Positions 1-9,195 of a DNA stretch of 64,000 nt are shown here, piece after piece. Every line of letters starts with the position of its first letter. Position 1 is the first letter of the stretch. The DNA is from Sediminibacterium sp. (GTDB taxonomy: Bacteria > Bacteroidota > Bacteroidia > Chitinophagales > Chitinophagaceae), in assembly GCA_965284095.1 (NCBI GenBank), contig CBDIRC010000002.1:55411-119410 (forward strand). The letters are read 5' to 3'. The notes below the pieces were generated by a model. That model was not told the origin of the DNA and did no database searches. It saw only the letters and a list, made by a program, of their open reading frames with translations. Both the position numbers and the translations under genes were made by a program.

Positions 1-1144
1 GGTGGAGCAAAATAGGCTGAGCCATGCTTTGCTTTTTTTAGGAAAGGAAGGGGTGGGTGGATTGCCATTGGCTATGGCATTTGCTCAATACATTGTCAGC
101 TTGCCGCCCGATGCACCATTGGTAGAAGACCTTTTTGGCGGTATGACGGCATTGGCTCCCTCTGCAGGTTTTATTCATCCAGATCAAATAGACCAACAGC
201 CTTCTTTTCAAAGAGCTGCTCAATTAATTCATCCCGATCTACATTTTACTTATCCGGTAATTACCAAAAAACCTGGAGAGAAACCTACCAGTGCAGATTA
301 TATTGAAGAGTGGAGACAATTTATTCAATCACATCCTTATGGAAATGTATACGACTGGTTGCAAAGTATTGGCGCTGAAAATAAACAAGGAAATATTACA
401 GCAGAAGAATGCAATAGTATTATTCGTTCACTTAGCTTAAAAAGCTTCGAGAGCAAATACAAAGTATTGCTATTGTGGTTGCCGGAATACCTGGGTAAAG
501 AAGGAAATAAATTACTAAAACTCATTGAAGAACCGCCTCCAAATACCTTGTTTATTTTGGTTGCAGAAAATGAGGAATTGATACTTCCTACCATTTTAAG
601 CAGGTGTCAACTGGTAAGAATTCCTTCTCTAGAAGATACGGAAATTGAAACTTCACTAATAGTAAGAGCAAAAGCTAGTCCGGAAATTGCTAAACAAATC
701 AGTGTGATTTGCGAAGGAAATTATAGAGAAGCCCTTCAATTACTGCAACATGCCGATGAAGACTGGCATAGCTTATTAAAAGAATGGTTGAATGCCATGC
801 TTAAAAAAGGGCCTGCTGCTCAAGTACTATTTGTAGAAGAAATGAGCAAATTGGGTCGAGAGAAACAAAAACAGTTTCTTCGTTATTTCAATCATTTACT
901 GGAACAAAGCATCCGAATCAGGGTTTTGGGAGAAAATGGAGTGAATCAGGGTGAAAATGAGCTGGATTTTGCCAAAAGACTCAATAAAATTGCTTCTGTG
1001 AGTCAACAAGAAGCGATTATTGAGGAATTAGACAAGGCTTCTTATTATATAGAACGCAATGCCAACGCTAAAATGCTGTTTCAAGCACTCACCATTAAAC
1101 TATACCATATCATTCAGAACAAAACCCTAATTTTGAATGGGTGA
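1..1144 (+). CDS. holB: DNA polymerase III subunit delta' (5'-partial at window edge)
   Basis: ORF is open to the window edge. Clamp-loader AAA+ signatures HALLFLGKEGVGG and ILSRCQ are present. It is followed by a PSP1/RicT gene, as in the conserved holB-yaaT arrangement. Confidence 0.8.
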   Translation, partial: VEQNRLSHALLFLGKEGVGGLPLAMAFAQYIVSLPPDAPLVEDLFGGMTALAPSAGFIHPDQIDQQPSFQRAAQLIHPDLHFTYPVITKKPGEKPTSADYIEEWRQFIQSHPYGNVYDWLQSIGAENKQGNITAEECNSIIRSLSLKSFESKYKVLLLWLPEYLGKEGNKLLKLIEEPPPNTLFILVAENEELILPTILSRCQLVRIPSLEDTEIETSLIVRAKASPEIAKQISVICEGNYREALQLLQHADEDWHSLLKEWLNAMLKKGPAAQVLFVEEMSKLGREKQKQFLRYFNHLLEQSIRIRVLGENGVNQGENELDFAKRLNKIASVSQQEAIIEELDKASYYIERNANAKMLFQALTIKLYHIIQNKTLILNG

Positions 1145-1251
1145 TCATTTTTAATGTGAATACATTTTAAATTTAAAGCCTAGGGGGAAGAACTGAAACG
1201 ATTGAATAATGTGTTCCCCGAAATATTTTATTAACCTTCTTATTTGTAGAT

Positions 1252-2718
1252 ATGGGCTGTGGATCTTGTGGAACCGGAACTCCTAACGGTTGTAAAAGCA
1301 ATGGAGGTTGTAGCACAGGTGGTTGCAACAGATTAAATGTACATGATTGGTTAATGAACCTTCCTTTCAGCGATCCTGAAAGCAATTGTAAAATTGTTGA
1401 GGTAAGTTTCAAACAAGGCAGTAGAAAAGAATTCTACCGCAATACTACATTGCATTATTTTGAAAAAGGCGACTATGTTACCCTCGAAGGGGTAAGTGGT
1501 TATGACGTTGGTGAAGTTAGCCTTACCGGAGAATTGGTTCGTATTCAAATGAAGAAAAAAGGGGTGGAAGAATTTAGCCCTGAAATCAAAAAGATTCTTC
1601 GCAGAAGCAATGATCGGGAAATTGAAAGTTTTCAGATAAGCAAGAGTCGCGAAAAAGAAATTCTTGCCCGCAGCCGTGCTATTTCTCGTACGATGAATTT
1701 GCAAATGAAATTGAGTGAGGTAGAAATTCAGGCGGATGGAAAAAAAGCTACATTCTTTTATACTGCAGATGATCGTGTAGATTTTAGAGAACTCATTAAA
1801 ATATTTGCTACAGATTTTAAGTTTAAAGTAGAAATGAGGCAGATTGGTATTCGCCAGGAAGCGGCTAAAGTGGGTGGTATAGGAAGTTGTGGTAGAGAAC
1901 TCTGTTGTAGTACCTGGTTGAATGAATTTAAGAGTGTAAATACTACAGCTGCTCGTTATCAAAACTTATCGATCAATCAAACCAAATTAAGTGGACAATG
2001 TGGTCGCTTAAAATGTTGTTTGAATTATGAGCTGGATACTTATCTGGATGCATTGCAACAGTTTCCGGATTATGCAGATACTTTGGATACTGCAATGGGC
2101 ACTGCACATTTGATTAAAAAAGATATTTTTAAAAACCTGATGTGGTATGTATTGCCGAATAACAATAAGCATTACCCATTGACCATTCAGCGTGTAAAAG
2201 AAATTAAAAAGATCAATCAGCAAGGTCAGAAAGTAGACGAATTACAAGCTATAGAAATTGTCAATAGCAAACAGAAAGAAGCAGAACCAGCATTTGTGGA
2301 ATTGGTTGGTCAAATCAGTTTACAATCATTAGAAAAAAATGATCGTAAAAGAAGAGATCAACAAAGAAATGAGCGAAGACCCGATAATAGATCTGGTGAT
2401 TCTCGAGGAGATAATCGCGGACCACAACAACAAGGACCTAGAGGACCTCAGCAAAACAGACCACCGCAAAATCCGCGTGGACCTCAGCAACAAGGACCTC
2501 AACAACAAGGACCAAGAGGACCTCAGCAAAACAGACCACCGCAGAATACACGTGGACCGCAACAAAACAGACCACCGCAAAATCAACGTGGGCCGCAGCA
2601 ACAAGGACCTCGTGGACCACTACAAAACAGACCTCCACAAAATCCTCGCGGACCTGAACAAAACAGGCCTCCAAGAGATTCCGCTGAAGGCTCTCCAACA
2701 GAACCAAAAAATGATTAA
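1252..2718 (+). CDS. ricT: PSP1 C-terminal domain protein (RicT/YaaT-like) with Cys-rich N-terminus and repetitive Q/P/R/N/G tail
   Basis: N-terminal MGCGSCGTGTPNGCKSNGGCSTGGCN Cys cluster. Central PSP1-type region (FFYTADDRVDFRELIK, GSCGRELCCSTWL, GQCGRLKCCLNYE). Lies immediately downstream of holB. Confidence 0.7.
   Translation: MGCGSCGTGTPNGCKSNGGCSTGGCNRLNVHDWLMNLPFSDPESNCKIVEVSFKQGSRKEFYRNTTLHYFEKGDYVTLEGVSGYDVGEVSLTGELVRIQMKKKGVEEFSPEIKKILRRSNDREIESFQISKSREKEILARSRAISRTMNLQMKLSEVEIQADGKKATFFYTADDRVDFRELIKIFATDFKFKVEMRQIGIRQEAAKVGGIGSCGRELCCSTWLNEFKSVNTTAARYQNLSINQTKLSGQCGRLKCCLNYELDTYLDALQQFPDYADTLDTAMGTAHLIKKDIFKNLMWYVLPNNNKHYPLTIQRVKEIKKINQQGQKVDELQAIEIVNSKQKEAEPAFVELVGQISLQSLEKNDRKRRDQQRNERRPDNRSGDSRGDNRGPQQQGPRGPQQNRPPQNPRGPQQQGPQQQGPRGPQQNRPPQNTRGPQQNRPPQNQRGPQQQGPRGPLQNRPPQNPRGPEQNRPPRDSAEGSPTEPKND
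2419..2676 (+). repeat. In-frame degenerate tandem repeat encoding (PRGPQQNRPPQN / GPQQQ)n
   Basis: Repeated DNA units ggacctcagcaaaacagaccaccgcaaaat... Translation: GPQQQGPRGPQQNRPPQNPRGPQQQGPQQQGPRGPQQNRPPQNTRGPQQNRPPQNQRGPQQQGPRGPLQNRPPQNPRGPEQNRPP. All other frames are also stop-free here. Confidence 0.85.
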
Positions 2719-2721
2719 CAT

Positions 2722-2757
2722 AAAAAAACGCCACAAGATTTGTGGCGTTTTTATTTT
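2722..2757. terminator. Bidirectional intrinsic terminator between convergent ricT-like and pepF genes
   Basis: Stem aaacgccacaa / ttgtggcgttt with a 3-nt loop. An A-run lies 5' and ttttatttt lies 3'. Confidence 0.7.
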
Positions 2758-2770
2758 AATTCATTGAAAA

Positions 2771-4486
2771 TTATAATTGCTCCATTTCTGTTTTTACAAA
2801 ATCCATTAACTGTTTAATGTATGCAGGTGTAAGGTCAAATGATAATCCAGCAGCAGCATATAATTCAGGCAAGGTTTTGGTTCCGCCTAAACTCAATGCA
2901 TTCATATAATTTTGAAGGGCTTTTTCCGGATTTTGTTTGTACTGCATCCAAAGGCCAATAGCACCTAACTGCGCAATGCCGTATTCTATATAATAAAATG
3001 GCACTTCAAATAAATGCAATTGACGTTGCCATCCTATTTCTCTGTATTGGTCTAATCCTGTATAATCTATCGCGGATGTAGAAAATTCATTCAATATACT
3101 CATCCAAGATTGAGTGCGCTCTTCAATATTATGTTGTGGATGCTCATATACCCAATGCTGAAATTTATCGATAATGGCTATCCATGGAAAAATGGTAATG
3201 GTTCTTTCAAGCTGATGCATTTTGGCTCTTTTCAAATCTGCCTCATTATCAAAAAATGCACCCCAATGATTCATACTAAATAATTCCATAGCCATACTTG
3301 CCACTTCAGCAATTTCCATCGGGTATTCTTTGAAAGCACTTAATGGCAAGGGATGTGCTAGAAAAGAATGCACTGCATGACCACCTTCGTGCACCATCGT
3401 TGTAACATCACTCATTTGACCAGCTGCATTCATAAAAATAAATGGTGCTCCACTTTCAGCTAATGGACAATTGTATCCGCCTGGTGCTTTTCCTTTTCTG
3501 CTTTCTAAATCGAAATGTTTTAGTTCGTTCATCTTACGCAAACAATCCGCAAAAAATGGATGTAGCTCTTCAAAACATTTTACTGATTTTTCATACAGAT
3601 CCTTTCCATCAGTAAATGGTTTCAAAGGGGTTGTTCCTGCTGGTTCAGCTTCTGTATCCCAAGGTTTTAAAATATCCAGACCAAGTTGTTGTTTCTTATG
3701 TTGATAGATATCATTGACCAATGGAATCACATGCAATTTAACTGCTTCATGAAATTGAAAACAATCTTCTTTTGTATAATCAAATCTTCCCAGTTCTTTA
3801 AATTTATAATCACGATAGTTCTCAAACCCTGTATTGACAGCTATTTGATGGCGTTTGCCAATTAAATTACTGTATAAATCGTGCATCGGAGATGCATCTT
3901 GCTTTCTACGTTCTTGTATTTTTGTATACACTTCTTTACGTAATTCGCGGTCCGAACTTTCTAAGAATTTTGCTGCTTGTTGCAAAGTATATTCTGTGCC
4001 ATTTACTTCAACAGTCATTTTTCCTGCTATGGCACCATATTGCTGCTGCAACACACTTAGTTCTGCTTGAATAGGAATATTTTGTTCTCTAAACAAGTCA
4101 ATACTTTTTTGTACGCTTCTCAAATAAGTATGATACAATGATTGATCCAACTCTTTTGTAAAAGCACAATTCACTAGTTTTTTGTTGAGTAAATCGGCAT
4201 ATGGTTGAAGCTTGGGCTGTATTTCCATACAGAAATAAGTAAAAGCTTCTTCTAACTTTTTATCAGTAGTATCGCAAGTCATTTTAATTTGTCTCCAACA
4301 AGCATCTTCACTTACTACTGCTTCTAACTCGCTCATGTCTTTCAACCATTGTTCTAAATCGGACTTACTATTAATTGACCGATCAACCAATAATTGGAAA
4401 TAGGGCTCGAGGGCTTCCCAATTAGTAATTTCAAAATTTTGGGGTAAAAAAGCTCTTTTAATCTTCTCTATTGCTGCATTTGGCAT
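2771..4486 (-). CDS. pepF: M3-family oligoendopeptidase F
   Basis: 571 aa. HEGGHAVH zinc-binding HExxH motif. Overall M3B-like length and layout. Confidence 0.85.
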   Translation of the reverse strand: MPNAAIEKIKRAFLPQNFEITNWEALEPYFQLLVDRSINSKSDLEQWLKDMSELEAVVSEDACWRQIKMTCDTTDKKLEEAFTYFCMEIQPKLQPYADLLNKKLVNCAFTKELDQSLYHTYLRSVQKSIDLFREQNIPIQAELSVLQQQYGAIAGKMTVEVNGTEYTLQQAAKFLESSDRELRKEVYTKIQERRKQDASPMHDLYSNLIGKRHQIAVNTGFENYRDYKFKELGRFDYTKEDCFQFHEAVKLHVIPLVNDIYQHKKQQLGLDILKPWDTEAEPAGTTPLKPFTDGKDLYEKSVKCFEELHPFFADCLRKMNELKHFDLESRKGKAPGGYNCPLAESGAPFIFMNAAGQMSDVTTMVHEGGHAVHSFLAHPLPLSAFKEYPMEIAEVASMAMELFSMNHWGAFFDNEADLKRAKMHQLERTITIFPWIAIIDKFQHWVYEHPQHNIEERTQSWMSILNEFSTSAIDYTGLDQYREIGWQRQLHLFEVPFYYIEYGIAQLGAIGLWMQYKQNPEKALQNYMNALSLGGTKTLPELYAAAGLSFDLTPAYIKQLMDFVKTEMEQL

Positions 4487-4563
4487 GATTCAGGGGAATT
4501 TAGACAGCAAATTTAGTGCAAGAGCGCGTTAAGATGGATGAGGAATCTTATTTTTGCTGCCCC

Positions 4564-6405
4564 GTGGAAGATATCATACAATTATTACCTGATAATATTG
4601 CCAACCAAATTGCTGCAGGAGAAGTAATTCAAAGACCTGGAAGTGCAGTGAAGGAATTATTGGAGAATGCAGTAGATGCTGGTGCAACCATTATTAAATT
4701 GATCATTAACGATGCTGGTAAAGCATTGGTTCAAGTGATTGATAATGGAAAAGGCATGACGGTAGCAGATGCAAAGATGGCTTTTGAAAGACATGCTACC
4801 AGTAAGATCAGAAATATCGATGACTTATTCAGCATCAAAACCATGGGATTTAGAGGAGAGGCTTTGGCTTCGATTGCTGCCGTTGCACAAGTAGAACTCA
4901 AAACCAAAAGAGCCGAAGATGAGCTGGGTACTTTTATAGAAATTGAAAATAGCAAGATCATCAATCAATCTTCCTGTGCTGCTCCCAATGGAACAAGCAT
5001 CAGCATGAAGAATCTTTTTTTTAATGTTCCAGCAAGAAGAAATTTTCTAAAAAGCAATGCCGCTGAAATGCGTCAGATTGTAGAAGAATTTGTTAGAGTT
5101 GCCATTGCATTCCCCAATATTTTTTTCTCATTAACCAGCAATGGTCAGGAAGTTTTTCATTTAGAAGCCGGAAATAGCAAACAAAGAATTGTACAAATTT
5201 TAGGCAATAGCTATAATGCTAAATTAGTAGCTGTTTCAGAAGATACTGACTATATGAACATTACCGGTTTTATAGGCAAACCCGAAACTGCTCGTAAAAC
5301 CAGGGGTGATCAGTATTTTTTTGTAAACAATCGCTATATCAAAAGTGCATATTTAAATCATGCAGTCAATGCAGCTTTTGAAGGGATTATTCCGAAAGAT
5401 AGTTTCCCGAGTTATGTTTTGTACATCGATTTAGATCCTGCTCAAATTGATATTAATGTGCACCCTACTAAACAGGAAATCAAATTTGAAGATGAGAAAA
5501 TTATATATGCATTTGTTCAAGCTGCCATTAAACATGCATTAGCGCAATTTAGCATTGCCCCTTCTTTGGATTTTTCTTTAAATGCAGATATACAAGGCTT
5601 GGATGCTGTGAGTAAACCATTTACCAACGATCAGCAAAATGCCGCCATATCTTCTAACTTGTACAAAACTTTTTCTCAAAAAAATCAGGCTCATTTCATT
5701 GAACCGAATGAAAAAAGTGAGTTAAAACATTGGAAAGAATTTTTTACAAGTAATGCCGCTGGCTCAAAAATGTCCACTGTAAATGAATCATTATTTACGC
5801 CCGCTGCTAAAATCATTTCCAATACGATTACATTAACAGATAAACCGCTGTTTCAATTACATCAAACATATATTGTTGTTACTATTCAAAATGGATTTTT
5901 ATTGGTACATCAACAATTAGCACACGAACGTGTTTTATATGAAGGTTATAGTGCTATGGCGCACAATCAGCAAACCATCACACAAAAAAGTTTGTTTCCC
6001 ATAAGTCTGGAACTGGTGGGTGCCGATGCCGTTTTATTAACTGAGTTATTACCCGAACTTCAAGCCATCGGCTATCAAATAGAACCCTTTGGTCAAAATA
6101 GTTTTGTAATTCAGGGTACCCCAGCAGATGTAATTGCTGGCGATGAAAAACATGCGGTCGAAATGTTGATCGAACAATTCAAACATTTTAGCAGCGAAGT
6201 GAAGTTTAGCAAAAGAGAGCAATTGATCCGTTGCATGGCAAAACAACAATCGATTAAAACTGGCAAAGCATTAGATCAAAAAGAAATGAGCCAGTTAATT
6301 ACTTCCTTATTTGCCTGCTCCAGTCCCAATCTTAGCCCGAACGGAAGCCCCACTTATTTAGAGTTTAAAGAAGATTACCTGGATAGAATGTTTGGTAAGT
6401 TATAA
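4564..6405 (+). CDS. mutL: DNA mismatch repair protein MutL
   Basis: GHKL ATPase motifs NQIAAGEV, DNGKGM and GFRGEAL. An in-frame GTG at 4564 gives the canonical (M)EDIIQLLPD N-terminus; the ORF track starts earlier, at 4516. Confidence 0.9.
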   Translation: MEDIIQLLPDNIANQIAAGEVIQRPGSAVKELLENAVDAGATIIKLIINDAGKALVQVIDNGKGMTVADAKMAFERHATSKIRNIDDLFSIKTMGFRGEALASIAAVAQVELKTKRAEDELGTFIEIENSKIINQSSCAAPNGTSISMKNLFFNVPARRNFLKSNAAEMRQIVEEFVRVAIAFPNIFFSLTSNGQEVFHLEAGNSKQRIVQILGNSYNAKLVAVSEDTDYMNITGFIGKPETARKTRGDQYFFVNNRYIKSAYLNHAVNAAFEGIIPKDSFPSYVLYIDLDPAQIDINVHPTKQEIKFEDEKIIYAFVQAAIKHALAQFSIAPSLDFSLNADIQGLDAVSKPFTNDQQNAAISSNLYKTFSQKNQAHFIEPNEKSELKHWKEFFTSNAAGSKMSTVNESLFTPAAKIISNTITLTDKPLFQLHQTYIVVTIQNGFLLVHQQLAHERVLYEGYSAMAHNQQTITQKSLFPISLELVGADAVLLTELLPELQAIGYQIEPFGQNSFVIQGTPADVIAGDEKHAVEMLIEQFKHFSSEVKFSKREQLIRCMAKQQSIKTGKALDQKEMSQLITSLFACSSPNLSPNGSPTYLEFKEDYLDRMFGKL

Positions 6406-7743
6406 TTAATAGTTGTCGATTATTCCAGTAATAAATTGCTCAATAGATTTACGAATGGTTCCTGCAGCTGTTTGATGTGCGTTTACCAAAACAGAAAAAA
6501 TAAGTGTTGCTCCTTTCTTTGTTGTGATATAGCCACTTAATGCAACATGATTACTTAATGTACCAGTTTTAGCAAAAATCTTGCCTTCATAGCCTTTGTA
6601 CAATCCAGCTAAAGTGCCTTCATTGGCGCCGGGTAAAATGGTATTAATGCGTTCCCATGAAAATGATTTTTTCATTTGAGTAAGTATCCAAACAAAATCT
6701 TGAGGAGTCATTAAATTATAACGGCTCAATCCACTCCCATCCACCCATTTGGGTTTTTGAGGTAATCCCAAAAAATCAGATTTTAATAAAGTGTCGATGG
6801 TTTTATTATCATCCATTAACCCAATTTTTTCATTGCCTACCATGAGTAATGTTTGCTCAGCAAAGAAATTATCACTTTCGTGCATCATCAATTTGAGCAT
6901 TGAATCGGTAGGTTGAGAATAGAATTTTTTCCAGACAGCTGTTTGATCGTTGATGGCACTGGCAAATTGCAAAACTCGATTAAGGGTATCTTCTAATAAA
7001 TTCAAAGAAACATCTTCGAATGACTTCTTTGTTGTAAAAGGAATTTGTGTAGCAGTAAATGTTCTAGTGCTTTTTACTATTTCAAAATGGTTATCAGATT
7101 TATCTCTTTCGATCCCAAACTTGCCATCTGCCATGCTGGCAAAAATATTGACCGAATCTTTAAAAGCTTTAGGGACAATGTTTAATTGATTCCCTTTTTT
7201 AGAAAACCAAACTAAGTTGCTGTATATAGGCATGGCCGATCTTTCCGGCATATAATTGGCGTCATAATCATTCCAGGCCCATCCATTTCCAAATGAGGCC
7301 GCATTCCATCTTGGAGATACAAAAGTTATATTGGGGGCATTGGTTTGTAAATAATTAAATACTTTTTCTTGCTTGAAATCGGGATGCAAAAAAGTTGGGT
7401 CTCCTGTAAAACGTACTGCAGTGTTTTCTATGTTGGGCAAGTATTCAAATGCAACCAAACTATCTTTTAAATTTTTCAACGCTGCATAACAAGTAAATAA
7501 TTTAGTATTACTGGCAGGTACGAAATACTTAGTGTCTTGATAACTAAATAGAAACTTATTTTCGGCAGGGTCGTAAATGCTGATGCCTACATGCGCAGGA
7601 GCAAAATCAGCTTTATCGAGTATAGCCGTTTTGGCCAATGAAGCTATACTTGTAGGACTTTCTACAATTGCTTTCTTTTGAACAGAACATGCAGAGAAAA
7701 AGAAGGCTGCGGTAAGGACAGCGAAAGAAATTGGGTGCCTCAT
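6406..7743 (-). CDS. dacB: D-alanyl-D-alanine carboxypeptidase/endopeptidase (PBP4, peptidase S13)
   Basis: Signal peptide with a lipobox-like FFSAC. SxxK (SNTK), SxN (SDN) and KTG (AKTGT) motifs occur in the correct order. Confidence 0.8.
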   Translation of the reverse strand: MRHPISFAVLTAAFFFSACSVQKKAIVESPTSIASLAKTAILDKADFAPAHVGISIYDPAENKFLFSYQDTKYFVPASNTKLFTCYAALKNLKDSLVAFEYLPNIENTAVRFTGDPTFLHPDFKQEKVFNYLQTNAPNITFVSPRWNAASFGNGWAWNDYDANYMPERSAMPIYSNLVWFSKKGNQLNIVPKAFKDSVNIFASMADGKFGIERDKSDNHFEIVKSTRTFTATQIPFTTKKSFEDVSLNLLEDTLNRVLQFASAINDQTAVWKKFYSQPTDSMLKLMMHESDNFFAEQTLLMVGNEKIGLMDDNKTIDTLLKSDFLGLPQKPKWVDGSGLSRYNLMTPQDFVWILTQMKKSFSWERINTILPGANEGTLAGLYKGYEGKIFAKTGTLSNHVALSGYITTKKGATLIFSVLVNAHQTAAGTIRKSIEQFITGIIDNY

Positions 7744-7790
7744 AAATTACAATTATCAAACTGTAATTTACAATAATCAAGCATTAAAAT

Positions 7791-8924
7791 TTAAATTCTT
7801 TCTGCAGCGCGCATCCAACGTTCAGGAATATCATTGTTACAGGCTGTAACATAATCTCGATAACTACAGGCTACATATTTACCATCGTGTAATTGCATCC
7901 ACCATCTTCCTGTTCTTTTGCTTTGTAAAAAAATCGTTTCTACTTCAGCAAAAGCCATTGTAAATTCATTGAATGCATTTCGGTTTTCCAGATCAGCTTC
8001 TTGCTTGCCTTTTTGAATACCATCTAATACATACCAAAGCATATGTGCCTGTTGTTTTGCTGTAAGTTGATGCAAATCTTGTTCTTCAATAAATCCATAC
8101 AACCCAATACTATTGCAGTTTTTACTCATTCCTGCATATTGCATTAATGTACAAGCTTCTTCTCCATTAAAGCCATTGGGCGTAATATAATTTGCAGGGG
8201 CATGTGCATTTTGAATAGCAGCAATATCAAAACTGAATAATTCGCTATTTCGAATAGCAGGTTCCATTTCTTCAATCGCCTCTTTTACTTTCCCAACTCT
8301 ATAGCAATCAAACCCTAATTTATCAATGGTTTCGAGCATGTGCGGATGCATGAAATAACTTTGAAATCCGATATGGGTATAATGCTTTAAATAATTAGGA
8401 ATTCCAGTAAACAAATCAACCAAAAACTGATCCGCAGGTTCAACGCTCTCCATATCCAGATCGATCTTTGCATCTACTACAACAGCATCAATGATCTTTT
8501 CATTATTACCATAAGCCAGATATTGTGCGGTAGTCATATCATGCGACCCACCTAAAATCAATACTTTTTTACCCATTTGAATGAGTTCGGCTACAACTGT
8601 TTTAACCGCTGCATAACTATCGGCAATAGTGGCACCAGTTTTAATATTACCCAGATCGGCAATAGTAACTTCTGTATGCCAGTAAAATAAAGCATAAAAT
8701 TGAGCGCGGATGGCGTTGGGGGCATTATTGGAAGTATACTGCATACCCATTCCACGCATATCACCACAACCCACAATTACCAAATCTGCTGTAGAAATAT
8801 CAGGGAGTTCTTCTTCAAAAACCAATATATGTTTACCCAACTGTGTATCCTTAAATCCTTCATCATTAGATAACAATGCCATATTCACTGGCTCTAGGAA
8901 ATCGAGTAAACTGTGTAAAGACAT
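7791..8924 (-). CDS. Arginase/formimidoylglutamase-fold protein with apparently degenerate metal-binding motifs
   Basis: Ureohydrolase-like blocks LILGGSHD, VVVDAKIDLD and SFDIAAIQNAHAP align to GGDHS / DAHxD / SxDxDxxDP, but with substitutions. Confidence 0.55.
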   Translation of the reverse strand: MSLHSLLDFLEPVNMALLSNDEGFKDTQLGKHILVFEEELPDISTADLVIVGCGDMRGMGMQYTSNNAPNAIRAQFYALFYWHTEVTIADLGNIKTGATIADSYAAVKTVVAELIQMGKKVLILGGSHDMTTAQYLAYGNNEKIIDAVVVDAKIDLDMESVEPADQFLVDLFTGIPNYLKHYTHIGFQSYFMHPHMLETIDKLGFDCYRVGKVKEAIEEMEPAIRNSELFSFDIAAIQNAHAPANYITPNGFNGEEACTLMQYAGMSKNCNSIGLYGFIEEQDLHQLTAKQQAHMLWYVLDGIQKGKQEADLENRNAFNEFTMAFAEVETIFLQSKRTGRWWMQLHDGKYVACSYRDYVTACNNDIPERWMRAAERI

Positions 8925-9024
8925 AGGGTGTTATTTGCATTTAGCATAACGAATTGGATAGGTATTTATTGCATTCTTTTATGAAATGACAGACTAGAAC
9001 GTCTGCTCATCAAATAATTGATGA

Positions 9025-9129
9025 ATAAGGTCTAACTAGAACGCCTGCTCATCCGAATGGCTGAATTTTCTAACGAAAATTCAAAGCGCACCATTCGTCT
9101 AAAGGCATGCTTATCTAGTTAGACCTTAT
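9025..9129. repeat. Long imperfect palindrome (structured element, MITE-like or RNA)
   Basis: A perfect 16-bp outer stem ataaggtctaactaga / tctagttagaccttat encloses inner stems ccgaatgg/ccattcg and tgaattttc/gaaaattca (loop taac). Confidence 0.6.
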
Positions 9130-9195
9130 TCTCTTATTCAATAACAGCAGATCAATTTATTAAACTAAAAATGTACAAATGAGATAAATACATCC

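Noticed and set aside
1351-1962. 203-aa ORF antisense to the PSP1/RicT gene
   Set aside because: F/L/S/I/T-rich shadow-frame composition and no motifs. It is fully contained opposite a well-supported gene.
2329-2767. Three alternative-frame ORFs (2339..2767 +, 2329..2604 -, 2438..2734 -) over the repeat tail
   Set aside because: They are stop-free only because the CAA/CCN-rich tandem repeat lacks stops in all frames. Their translations are low-complexity echoes of the repeat.
6403-6408. mutL and dacB convergent stops abut with zero intergenic bases; porin/SRPBCC also overlap by 4 nt at 54448-54451
   Set aside because: Tight convergent packing is common in compact bacterial genomes, and no additional structure was seen.
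9058-9123. 21-codon ORF (MAEFSNENSKRTIRLKACLSS) inside the long palindrome
   Set aside because: It lies entirely within paired arms of the hairpin, with no start context. It is most likely a fortuitous ORF.
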